Source of the DNA: an uncultured Gammaproteobacteria bacterium
GTDB lineage: Bacteria > Patescibacteriota > Microgenomatia > Levybacterales > UBA12049
Direction of reading: 5' to 3'
NCBI GenBank assembly: GCA_964507055.1
Contig: CAZDOJ010000001.1
Location: forward strand, 913,313 to 977,312
DNA: 64,000 bases
Shown here: positions 27,858 through 36,679 of the stretch, in pieces
How the letters are laid out: every line of letters starts with the position of its first letter
Position numbering within the stretch: the first letter of the stretch is position 1
The notes under the pieces: generated by a model
What the model was told of the DNA's origin: nothing
Databases searched by the model: none
The model's input: only the letters and a program-made list of their open reading frames with translations
Made by a program: the position numbers and the translations under genes

Positions 27858-29207
27858 CTACACTTCTGATGTGAAGAGTTTATGATTATCTGCAGTAATT
27901 TTAATATTCTTTGCTTCTCCTGCTACAATCATTCGTGCGGCTTTTCGACACATCATATTTACAAGTCGTTCAAGTCCACGAATTCCAGGGTCATAACCAA
28001 GAGGGCGGATAATAATTTCCCAAACCGGTTCATCAATTACTAATTGCTCTGGTTTAAGTCCAATTAATTTACTAACTTTAGGAAAGACATAATCTCGTCC
28101 GATATGCATTTTTTCCTCATCATTGTATGAAGGCATTTGGATAATTTCCAAACGGTCGATAACAGCAGTTGAAATAGCAGTCGTATTGTTTGCGGTAGCT
28201 ACGAATAGTGAATTTGAAAGATTGAATGGATAATCCACATAATGATCAGAGAATGCATTGTTCTGTCCAGGATCCAAAAGTTCGATAAGAACACCCATGA
28301 TGTCAGCACGAGCGGCTTCAGTTACACGATCTAATTCATCAAGCAATAGAACTGGATTCTTTGTTTGGGCATGGACAAGTCTTTTAATAATTTGTCCAGG
28401 TTCTGCATCAGGAAAGAAACGTGACTGTCCACGAAGAACACGAGAGTCAGCCATACCTCCAAATGGAATACGTTCAAACTGTCTTCCAAGTGCTTCAGCA
28501 ATAGACATCGCAAATGTTGTTTTTCCTGTACCAGCCAATCCAACGAAACATAGAACAGGCGATTGTGTTGCGAAATCAGGTCCATTATTTTGAATATTAA
28601 GCATGATTGAGGCGATATACTCGAGCATACGGCTTTTTAACATCTCCAAACCGAAATGGTCTCGATCCAGGACTTCTTTTGCTTTCTTTAAGTTTAGGAT
28701 GTCTTCACTTTTACTTATCCAAGGCAAACCAGTAACCCAATTGATATATCGTTGTGTTGATTCATATTCCATAATATACGTAGAGCTCATAAATCCTGCT
28801 CCTGAACGGATTAATGCAAGACGTGCTATACGATCTTCAAGAAGTTTGCGTAAATCATCAGGAACCGGAGCTTTTTCGACTTTTTCACCTAATGCTCTGA
28901 TCTGGTCATATGATTCGCCTTTACTGTTGGTCGTTGTGGGTTGTGTAATTGTTCCTCCGCCACCTGATGCAGCATTCGCAGTTTGTATAACATTGGCGGT
29001 TTGAGCAGCACTTGCGGCTTGCACTTGTACAGCTTCCACTGCTTCTTGTTGTTGAGCTACTTGGCTACTTGGTAATGCAGCAATCGGCTGATCACCGTTA
29101 TTTGCAGAATTGTCACCATTAACTCCCCCTCCAGTTGTTGGAGCTTGAGATTGTGGTGATTGTGGTGCAGCCGGAGCTGAACCTGGTGGTTGGGCAGTTG
29201 GGTCCAT
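27858..29207 (-). CDS. Lon-type AAA+ ATPase module without the S16 protease domain; the LAN N-domain is replaced by an A/Q/P/G-rich low-complexity segment
   Basis: Aligns by eye to the Lon ATPase core: LCFVGLAGTGKTT (Walker A), LLLDELDRV (Walker B), NAFSDHYVDYPFNLSNSLFVATANN, RGLERLVNMMCRKAARMIV. The ORF ends right after the alpha-helical subdomain. Only 52 nt separate it from rnj. Confidence 0.7.
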   Translation of the reverse strand: MDPTAQPPGSAPAAPQSPQSQAPTTGGGVNGDNSANNGDQPIAALPSSQVAQQQEAVEAVQVQAASAAQTANVIQTANAASGGGGTITQPTTTNSKGESYDQIRALGEKVEKAPVPDDLRKLLEDRIARLALIRSGAGFMSSTYIMEYESTQRYINWVTGLPWISKSEDILNLKKAKEVLDRDHFGLEMLKSRMLEYIASIMLNIQNNGPDFATQSPVLCFVGLAGTGKTTFAMSIAEALGRQFERIPFGGMADSRVLRGQSRFFPDAEPGQIIKRLVHAQTKNPVLLLDELDRVTEAARADIMGVLIELLDPGQNNAFSDHYVDYPFNLSNSLFVATANNTTAISTAVIDRLEIIQMPSYNDEEKMHIGRDYVFPKVSKLIGLKPEQLVIDEPVWEIIIRPLGYDPGIRGLERLVNMMCRKAARMIVAGEAKNIKITADNHKLFTSEV

Positions 29208-29311
29208 ATATCTATATTACTACATTTTTGTCTCTTAGGAAATAAATAGCCATAGCTGGGAACATAATAATAACGAGGGATTAATACTCAGTTGGAGAAG
29301 AATAATAAAAC

Positions 29312-31669
29312 TTATCTACTAAATCGTTTCTTTGGACCAAATTTGCCTCTTGGTGCTCTTTTTTCTTCACTTTCTCTTTGTAACTGTCTCGCTAATGGAT
29401 GATCTGATCGTGGTGCACGATCTGCACTTGGTCTGTCATTTCGGTCATTTCTTCGGAACGGAGGACGACTACCACTTTGTGGACGATCAAAAGATCTTCC
29501 TCCACGATCTCCACCACCTTGTGGGCGATCAAAGTTTGGTTGTTTTTCTTCGCCTTCTCCACCTTCATCGGCTGGACCATCGTCATCAAGAAGCATAGTG
29601 AGGTTAATTCTTCCTTGTTGATCTTTCTCTTCAACTCTCACTTTTACGATATCACCAATTGCTACAACTTCTGCTGGATCTTTTACGAATCCTCGCTTCA
29701 TTTTACTGACATGGACCATTCCATCTCTACCTGGAAGATATTCAACGAAAGCTCCAAAAGGAAGGATTCTCTTTACTTCACCTTCAAACTCTTCACCTGG
29801 GACAACTTCTCGAGTCATTCCACTGATCCAATCAACTGCTTTTTGTACTGCTTCTGCAGAAACACCTGTGATACTTACTTTACCATCATCATCGATATCT
29901 ACATCAGCACCTGTTGTAGCGATAATATTTTTGATATTCTTTCCACTCGGTCCGATAACTTCACCAATCTTTTCAACAGGTACATGAATTTGTTCGATCT
30001 TTGGTGCATATTCAGAAACTGCAGCTCGTGGTTCAGATATAGCATTAACAATTACTTCAAGAATCTTCATACGAGCTGTTCGAGCTCGAGCTAAGATTTC
30101 TGAAACTTGCTGATCAGTAAGCCCTGGAATCTTAACATCCAATTGGATTGCGGTAATACCTTTTTCTGTACCTGCAACTTTGAAATCCATGTCTCCAGAA
30201 AAATCTTCAAGCCCGATGATATCAGTCAAAAGAGTATATTTGTCACCTTCTGACATCATACCAATTGAAATACCAGCGACAGGTGCAGTGATTGGTACAC
30301 CAGCATCCATCAATGCAAGTGTTGAACCACAAGTTGATCCCATTGAACTTGATCCGTTCTGAGAAAGAACTTCAGAAACGACACGAATTGTGTATGGGAA
30401 ATCTTCTTTTGCTGGGAGTACTGCTCGCAAAGCTTTTTCAGCCAATGCTCCATGCCCAATCTCTCGTCGGCCAGGAGTTCCAACGCGACCTGTTTGGCCA
30501 AATGAATATGGAAGACCTGAATAGTGGTGCATATAATGTCGTGATTCTTCGCCTTCTGCAGTTTCAATAAGCTGTTCCATTCGTGGAGATCCAAGAGTTG
30601 CGATACTGAGAACTTGTGTCAAACCTCTTTGGAATAATCCTGAACCGTGAACTCGTGGAATAAGACCGACTTCTCCAGTAATTTCACGCAGTTCATCAAC
30701 CTTTCGGCCATCTGCTCGCTTTTGCTTGTTAACGACGTCGGATCGGATCATCTTGAACATAACTTTTTCAAGTGCTGTTGCGAGTGTTTTCTTATCGATA
30801 TCTTCTGTAGGATTCTTTTCTTTGAACTCATCATATACTTTATTAACAAGAAGACCTGTTTCATTTCCGCCACCTTCTTTACCAACTCGGGTTTCAATGA
30901 TCTTTTGGATATCTTCTTTGTATGTTTTTTCAAAAAGTTCAATTGCTTCTGTAAGTTGAGCATCTTGCTCTGGAACTGGAAGTTTTTCTTGGCCTACTTT
31001 TTTAACAAGTTCTTCAATTGCTGCGATAACCTTTCGTGTTTCTTCGTGAGCTTTAACGATACCCTCGTGAACAATTTCTTCACTTACCTGCATTGCACCG
31101 GTTTCGACCATGTTAGTCAAATCTTTTGTTTGTGACACAACAAGATCAAGATCAGAAGTCAATTGTTCAGGACGTGTTGGATTACTGATAAATCCGCCTT
31201 CTTCTGTATATCCCATACGAATACCAGCGATTGGACCATTCCAAGGAATTCGTGAGATAGCGAGTGCAGCAGAAACTGTGTTAAATGCAACCATATCAGC
31301 ATCATTATCTTCATCTATAGAGAGAATTGTGATGATAACTTGGACATCATGTTTGAATGCTTTAGGGAAAAGTGGACGGATTGATCGGTCAATGAGACGT
31401 CCTGTGAGAATACCATCATCAGATGGACGACCTTCTCTTTTAACCCATCGACTACCTTTAATGCGGCCACCAGCGTATAATCTTTCTTGTACTTCAACTG
31501 ATAATGGGAAGTAATCAAGTGAGCTTTCGCCACCTTCAACAACAGTTACAAGAACGACCGTATCACCGACACGTCCGAGAACCGCTGCTGTTGCTTGTGG
31601 AGCAAGTACACCTGTTTCAAATGTTAAAGTCTTTCCTGCAAATTCAGCAGAGACTGAGGTTTTATTCAT
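29312..31669 (-). CDS. pnp: polynucleotide phosphorylase with KH/S1 domains and an R/G/D-rich C-terminal tail
   Basis: PNPase blocks throughout. The tail is ...FDRPQGGGDRGGRSFDRPQSGSRPPFRRNDRNDRP... Confidence 0.93.
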   Translation of the reverse strand: MNKTSVSAEFAGKTLTFETGVLAPQATAAVLGRVGDTVVLVTVVEGGESSLDYFPLSVEVQERLYAGGRIKGSRWVKREGRPSDDGILTGRLIDRSIRPLFPKAFKHDVQVIITILSIDEDNDADMVAFNTVSAALAISRIPWNGPIAGIRMGYTEEGGFISNPTRPEQLTSDLDLVVSQTKDLTNMVETGAMQVSEEIVHEGIVKAHEETRKVIAAIEELVKKVGQEKLPVPEQDAQLTEAIELFEKTYKEDIQKIIETRVGKEGGGNETGLLVNKVYDEFKEKNPTEDIDKKTLATALEKVMFKMIRSDVVNKQKRADGRKVDELREITGEVGLIPRVHGSGLFQRGLTQVLSIATLGSPRMEQLIETAEGEESRHYMHHYSGLPYSFGQTGRVGTPGRREIGHGALAEKALRAVLPAKEDFPYTIRVVSEVLSQNGSSSMGSTCGSTLALMDAGVPITAPVAGISIGMMSEGDKYTLLTDIIGLEDFSGDMDFKVAGTEKGITAIQLDVKIPGLTDQQVSEILARARTARMKILEVIVNAISEPRAAVSEYAPKIEQIHVPVEKIGEVIGPSGKNIKNIIATTGADVDIDDDGKVSITGVSAEAVQKAVDWISGMTREVVPGEEFEGEVKRILPFGAFVEYLPGRDGMVHVSKMKRGFVKDPAEVVAIGDIVKVRVEEKDQQGRINLTMLLDDDGPADEGGEGEEKQPNFDRPQGGGDRGGRSFDRPQSGSRPPFRRNDRNDRPSADRAPRSDHPLARQLQRESEEKRAPRGKFGPKKRFSR

Positions 31670-31719
31670 GTTTTTTTATTATATATCCTTTCGCGTTCGT
31701 CTACAAACAGTAATTTAAA

Positions 31720-31736
31720 ATTTCTTATGAAGAAAT
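31720..31736 (-). promoter_or_regulatory. AU-rich stem-loop (ATTTCTT-ATG-AAGAAAT) between rpsO and pnp
   Basis: 7-bp perfect inverted repeat followed by U-rich sequence on the minus strand. Could be an attenuator or processing site, analogous to rpsO-pnp intergenic hairpins. Confidence 0.3.
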
Positions 31737-31751
31737 ATTCGTAGTCGTAAA

Positions 31752-32021
31752 TTAGTCTTTTAATCCGATCTTAGCCAAGATACCGGAAACTCTTTTGTCA
31801 TCAACCTTTTTCAAGAAGTTAATAAGTCTTCGTCTTTTAGCAATCATTGATAAAAGTCCTCGTCGGCTGTGGACATCATGAGCATGTGCTTTCAAATGTT
31901 CAGCTAGTCTTTGAATTCTTGTTGTAAGAAGTGCAATTTGAACTTCAGGACTTCCTGTGTCGCCTTTCGTTGTTTGGTACTCTGTAATGATTTCTTGTTT
32001 TTGTGTAGTGCTTAATGGCAT
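31752..32021 (-). CDS. rpsO: 30S ribosomal protein S15
   Basis: MPLSTTQKQEIITEYQ...HLKAHAHDVHSRRGLLSMIAKRRRLINFLKK. The ORF track extends to 32060; the conserved ATG at 32021 was verified. Confidence 0.9.
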   Translation of the reverse strand: MPLSTTQKQEIITEYQTTKGDTGSPEVQIALLTTRIQRLAEHLKAHAHDVHSRRGLLSMIAKRRRLINFLKKVDDKRVSGILAKIGLKD

Positions 32022-32031
32022 AACAGAATGT

Positions 32032-32040
32032 ATTATAGCA
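32032..32040 (-). promoter_or_regulatory. extended -10 box TGCTATAAT, 10 nt upstream of the rpsO ATG
   Basis: Minus strand TGCTATAAT (32040..32032). Spacer 32031..32022. Confidence 0.4.
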
Positions 32041-32084
32041 TTTAAATCGACGAACAACAAGTAGCATGTAAGAAATTACCTCTA

Positions 32085-32093
32085 TGCTATAAT
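32085..32093 (+). promoter_or_regulatory. extended -10 box TGCTATAAT, 6 nt upstream of the ATG at 32100 (predicted leaderless transcript)
   Basis: Same 9-mer as at alaS and rpsO. A transcription start 7 nt downstream would fall on the A of the ATG. Confidence 0.4.
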
Positions 32094-32099
32094 CGCAAG

Positions 32100-32984
32100 A
32101 TGTCTTTTTTGGAAAGATTCTCTCAACAAAGAAAACCCATCGAAGCCTCTACCAGTCCACAAGGAATACGTATTGAAAAACATTTTTTGCCTGAGCCATT
32201 AGCTCCACGAGCATCACTTCATAACTTATCCCAGATTTCAGAAGTAGCATCTATTCGTCAAACCGGTACTGAAGTTCTCTACCCAGATAGCGGTGTAAGT
32301 TACACATTTTCACCACCAGATCAAAGCGATAAATATACAAATAATTTGGATCGTTGTATTACAGTAATACTTGCAGGAAAAACTCCAAAAACCCAAGATG
32401 AAATGTCGGCATTGCTCCATATTAGCCCTTTCTTTCTTGTAGATGAACGAGCTCAAGATTCTTTATCGGTTTTACTAGAACAATTTAAAGAAATTACCGC
32501 AAAGGGAGCTCCTAAGGCTATTATTGCTGGTGGATTAGTTATCCGAGGTGGATATACCAACCTAAGCTATAAAGAAGAGTATCAAACACTTATAAGTAAC
32601 GTACAAGCTAACTTAAAAGAGACCTTAGATACTACAGCAGTTGTTGTTAATCCCAAGAGAAAAAATCCACATAATCTTACACATATCTATTATGAAACCT
32701 CCACACAAACCGCTCACATTATCGAATCAGGAGCAGCATCTCGGAGAGAAAAGCGACCACAAATACCGCCAACTGTATTAGGAGATGGAGAGAGAAGTCC
32801 CCTTCGATTAGGACAACAGCGGAGACAGCATACAGTATATGTATGGGATGATCTTGTGATGAATTCACCTAGTGTTTCAGTTGAAGAACCACCGAGAATT
32901 GTAGAAGATATTCCTTTAGAGGAAAATAATAAACAAATTATCTGGGATGAATTTGAAGGACCTGAAAAAGGAAAGACACTCTAA
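32100..32984 (+). CDS. hypothetical protein
   Basis: 294-aa ORF with no recognised motifs. It is the only plus-strand gene inside a long minus-strand block. Confidence 0.45.
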   Translation: MSFLERFSQQRKPIEASTSPQGIRIEKHFLPEPLAPRASLHNLSQISEVASIRQTGTEVLYPDSGVSYTFSPPDQSDKYTNNLDRCITVILAGKTPKTQDEMSALLHISPFFLVDERAQDSLSVLLEQFKEITAKGAPKAIIAGGLVIRGGYTNLSYKEEYQTLISNVQANLKETLDTTAVVVNPKRKNPHNLTHIYYETSTQTAHIIESGAASRREKRPQIPPTVLGDGERSPLRLGQQRRQHTVYVWDDLVMNSPSVSVEEPPRIVEDIPLEENNKQIIWDEFEGPEKGKTL

Positions 32985-32996
32985 ATTTTACTCTAA

Positions 32997-34004
32997 TTAG
33001 ACGTCTGAAGAGCCTTTATAGACTTTTGGTGTCAGCCAATCGAGTGGCGGAGCATCATCTTGTTGATCTGCTGTTTGTGCTGGTTGAGCTGCAGGAGCTG
33101 GTGCAGGTTGTGGTGCTGCTGCTGGAGCAGGTGCTTGTGGTCTAGGCGTAGGTGCTGGCTGTGGTCGTGGTGCCGGAGCTGGTACAGGTTGTGTTACTCT
33201 TGGCTGTTGCTGAGGACGAGGTGCTGGTTGTGGAACTGAATCCTGATCAGCGAATTGTCTTGGTGCTGGCTGTCCACTTACTCTTCGTGCTCCTCGTTTC
33301 ATTAAAAATGCTGAAACTTCAAATGCTAATGAACTTGTTCGTGGATCTTGGAAGTTCTTTGTCGCGGTCATAATACCACTCAACAAATTCTGTGCAGCAT
33401 CTTGTTCTACTTGGAAACCAAGTGTTAATACAATATCTGCAACATGTTCACTTACAGATGAAGCTTGAGGATCGATTAAAACGATATCTCCGTAACCTTG
33501 ATTATTTGCTTTGTTATCAATATTAATGATACTGATATTCGAGAACTTCTGTTCATCAAATACATCACCAAGATCTGAAAGACTTGCTGCACCTACAGTA
33601 ATCAACAAATCAATTGTGCCACTTCCACGTGTGTATTTAACATCTTGCTCATCAAATGAAAGTCCTTGTTCTGAAGCCTTTACAATAATGTTCAGTAAAT
33701 TATTTTCAAGCGTGTATGAGACTTTTTCGATTTCTCCTTCTTGGTATGGGAATGAAACGATCAAATCGCCAGCATCCCCACCAAAAGCATGTTGTACTTT
33801 ATTAATACCTACTAAAGATGAAATTTCAACTATAGGATCTGTTGGACTTGCGATACTAACTTTTTTGTTCGCATTTTTAAGAAGTAAATAAAGTGCAAGA
33901 GCTGCACCCATTTCATCAATTGAAGGTTCACGACCAACTGCAATTCCAATGCTATTTGCTTTGCCGATCGAGTCTTTAAGTTTTTGAATTATAGTTTTAT
34001 CCAT
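32997..34004 (-). CDS. DHH/DHHA1-family (NrnA-like) protein with degenerate catalytic motifs and a Pro-rich C-terminal tail
   Basis: IGIAVGREPSIDEMGAALALYLLLK and IINIDNKANNQGYGDIVLID align to the NrnA motifs, but the Asp pair and DHH are replaced (DHH becomes DNK). Tail PAPRPQQQPRVTQPVPAPAPRPQPAPTPRPQAPAPAAAPQPAPAPAAQ. Confidence 0.5.
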   Translation of the reverse strand: MDKTIIQKLKDSIGKANSIGIAVGREPSIDEMGAALALYLLLKNANKKVSIASPTDPIVEISSLVGINKVQHAFGGDAGDLIVSFPYQEGEIEKVSYTLENNLLNIIVKASEQGLSFDEQDVKYTRGSGTIDLLITVGAASLSDLGDVFDEQKFSNISIINIDNKANNQGYGDIVLIDPQASSVSEHVADIVLTLGFQVEQDAAQNLLSGIMTATKNFQDPRTSSLAFEVSAFLMKRGARRVSGQPAPRQFADQDSVPQPAPRPQQQPRVTQPVPAPAPRPQPAPTPRPQAPAPAAAPQPAPAPAAQPAQTADQQDDAPPLDWLTPKVYKGSSDV

Positions 34005-34032
34005 AAGTTATGCTCAATTCTGCCTAACAGAA

Positions 34033-35508
34033 CTAACTATGGGATATTATCATATCTCCGACCTGGATGTCAAGCCCCCCTGAGAGAACTACTCCAGCCT
34101 CATTACCTTTTTCTACTTTTGAGGTAGGATTTTTGCCGACACGAAGCGATTGCATCGTAGTTTCGCCGACAACATCTTCTCCACGAAGAATTCTCAATCT
34201 ATCCCCTCGAGCAATTCTTCCATCAATTACAGAGATACCAAATGCAAATGTCTTTTCGAAAGGAAATTTTGCAAGCACTTTCGCAGTTCCAAAGACTTGT
34301 TCCATTTGAGACTGTAATTTACCTTCCAGAGCATCACTTACTTCATCCAACATTTCATAAATAATTTCGTAATTTCTCAAGAGTACTTTTTCAGCGAAAG
34401 CAAAACTGATCAGGTCAGGCTTCACTTTGGTATTGAAGCTTAACAAGATGCTTCCGGTTGATTTAGCTAAGAGCACATCAGCCTCACTTACTTCACCGGT
34501 TTTTTGCTGGACAATCTTTATACCTTCGGGGAATGCATTAACGATAGCCTCAAGTGATCCTTGTGAATCAGCAACTAAAACAACAGAAATACCTTTATGT
34601 TCTTCTGCACGTCTATATACTAATTCCTTCTTAAGTGATTGCTCTGCTACTTCAGGAGTCGCTGATTCTGCATGTGCTTTATCTGTAATCAGACTTCCAA
34701 CCTGTGGTACATTTGCAAAACCAAGTATCTCAATAGCTTCACCAACAGTTGCACTTTGTACAGGCTTGCCCAATGTGTTCTGCAGTGTTCGGATCTTAAA
34801 AATTTGGCCGTCAATCTGAACTTCTTCACGCACAGACATACTACCGTTCTTGATAATAGCTGTAGCTTTTGCTCCTGCACGATTATCAAGTCTTGATTCA
34901 ATAACCACTGCAGACAATGAAGCTGTACTCGCAATATCTTCAGAATATGTTGGTGATTTGTGCATATCAAACATTAAGAGAACTAAATCGAGCAATTCTT
35001 TAATGTTCTTCCCAGTTTTTGCAGAAACTTCAATGACAGGTGTTTCTCCACCATAGCCTTCAAGCTGAATCCCTTCTTTCATTAATTCTTGTTTTGCCTT
35101 TTCAGGATTTGCTGTTGGAAGATCTGATTTAGTGAGGACAACAATGTAATTTGTTTTCGCTTCTTGAAGTGCTTGGATACTTTCTTTCGTCTGAGGCTTT
35201 ACACCATCTCCAGCTGAAACGACAAGCAGACTTAAATCTGCAGCCTGCACACCTCGGCCACGCATCTTTGTAAATGCTTCATGTCCAGGTGTATCAATAA
35301 AGGTAATCCATCGATCTTCGCCTTCGTGAACAATTTCGACTTCAGATGCACCAATTTTTTGTGTAATCCCACCTTTTTCCCTATCAGCTATTGAACTCTT
35401 ACGGATTGCATCAAGAAGTGTAGTCTTACCATGATCGACATGACCGAGTACCGCAACTACAGGCGGGAAAATCTTTTGTACTGATGGTTTTGTATCTTTT
35501 TTTGACAT
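34033..35508 (-). CDS. infB: translation initiation factor IF-2 (short form: G-domain to C-terminus)
   Basis: [28 protein letters not shown], and the domain II to C2 blocks. 491 aa. Confidence 0.88.
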   Translation of the reverse strand: MSKKDTKPSVQKIFPPVVAVLGHVDHGKTTLLDAIRKSSIADREKGGITQKIGASEVEIVHEGEDRWITFIDTPGHEAFTKMRGRGVQAADLSLLVVSAGDGVKPQTKESIQALQEAKTNYIVVLTKSDLPTANPEKAKQELMKEGIQLEGYGGETPVIEVSAKTGKNIKELLDLVLLMFDMHKSPTYSEDIASTASLSAVVIESRLDNRAGAKATAIIKNGSMSVREEVQIDGQIFKIRTLQNTLGKPVQSATVGEAIEILGFANVPQVGSLITDKAHAESATPEVAEQSLKKELVYRRAEEHKGISVVLVADSQGSLEAIVNAFPEGIKIVQQKTGEVSEADVLLAKSTGSILLSFNTKVKPDLISFAFAEKVLLRNYEIIYEMLDEVSDALEGKLQSQMEQVFGTAKVLAKFPFEKTFAFGISVIDGRIARGDRLRILRGEDVVGETTMQSLRVGKNPTSKVEKGNEAGVVLSGGLDIQVGDMIISHS

Positions 35509-35616
35509 ATATATTTAGAAGTATGTAGAGGCAATAAGAGGCTTTTGGAGAAGTAAGATTTCTATTTACATGTGATGTTTAGTCGCATTTCTCATAACAT
35601 TCAAGCTTCCCATGTC

Positions 35617-36627
35617 TTACTTCTCATCTGAGGCTGATTTCGCAGCTTCAGATTCCTCAGTTGCTTCTACTGCAACTCCATCTTTCCCTTCAATTTCAAT
35701 TCGATATTTTGTCAATTTGTATGCAAGTCGTACGTTTTGTCCATCTTTTCCGATAGCTAAAGACAATTCATCTTGAGGAACAAAAACGTGAGCAACTTTC
35801 TCAGCTTCATCAATTTCGACACGAACATTCTTTGCTGGAGAAAGAGCTTGTGCGATATAAGTAGCTGTATCTTCTGACCATTGGATAATATCAATCTTTT
35901 CAAGACCACCCAATTCTTGAATAATAGCTTGGACACGAACACCTTTTTGTCCCACACATGAACCTACTGGATCGATCCCTGGTTGTGTTGAGAATACCGC
36001 AATCTTTGCTCTATTTCCAGGTTCTCGAACGACAGCTTTAATTTCAACACTTCCTTGTGCAACTTCTGGAACTTCTCGCTTGAACAAACCTTCAAGTAGA
36101 CCATTGTGGGATCGAGAAACGACTATTTCTTCACCCTTCATACCTTGACGTATTTCTGAAAGATAAAAAGAAAGTCTTTGGTTTAAGTGATATTTTTCAT
36201 TAGAAATTTGTTCTGAAACAGGCATAATAGCTTCAGCTTTGCCTATATCAACAATAACATTTGGCCCTGCAAAACGAAGAACCATTCCGTTTACAATTTC
36301 ACCGATTTTTACTCGATAATCTGTAAATATAGCTTCTTTTTCTTTTTCTCGGATCTTTTGGAGAATAACTTGCTTTGCAGTCTGTGCAGCAATACGTCCA
36401 AATCCTGGAGGCGTGACATCTTTATCGTTCTGGAAGATTTTTGCTTCACCAGAATTAGGATCTAATACAGCACGGTATTCATCCACTTCAACTCCTGGAT
36501 GGTCTTTTCGATATGCTGCTAAGATAGCATTCTGGACGGTATCAAGCACAACATCAACGTCGACCCCACGTTCTGAGGCGACTTGGTTTAAGGCTAATGC
36601 GAATTCACTTCGTTGGATAGCTGGCAT
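35617..36627 (-). CDS. nusA: transcription termination/antitermination factor NusA
   Basis: NTD, S1 and two KH domains (GSCVGQKGVRVQAIIQELGGLEKIDII; LAIGKDGQNVRLAYKLT). The ORF track starts at 36840; the conserved ATG at 36627 (MPAIQRSEFALALNQVA) was verified. Confidence 0.88.
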   Translation of the reverse strand: MPAIQRSEFALALNQVASERGVDVDVVLDTVQNAILAAYRKDHPGVEVDEYRAVLDPNSGEAKIFQNDKDVTPPGFGRIAAQTAKQVILQKIREKEKEAIFTDYRVKIGEIVNGMVLRFAGPNVIVDIGKAEAIMPVSEQISNEKYHLNQRLSFYLSEIRQGMKGEEIVVSRSHNGLLEGLFKREVPEVAQGSVEIKAVVREPGNRAKIAVFSTQPGIDPVGSCVGQKGVRVQAIIQELGGLEKIDIIQWSEDTATYIAQALSPAKNVRVEIDEAEKVAHVFVPQDELSLAIGKDGQNVRLAYKLTKYRIEIEGKDGVAVEATEESEAAKSASDEK

Positions 36628-36679
36628 AGAGCTTAGTATACCAGATACAAGCGTAACCTTCAACCACCGCGTGGGGAGA

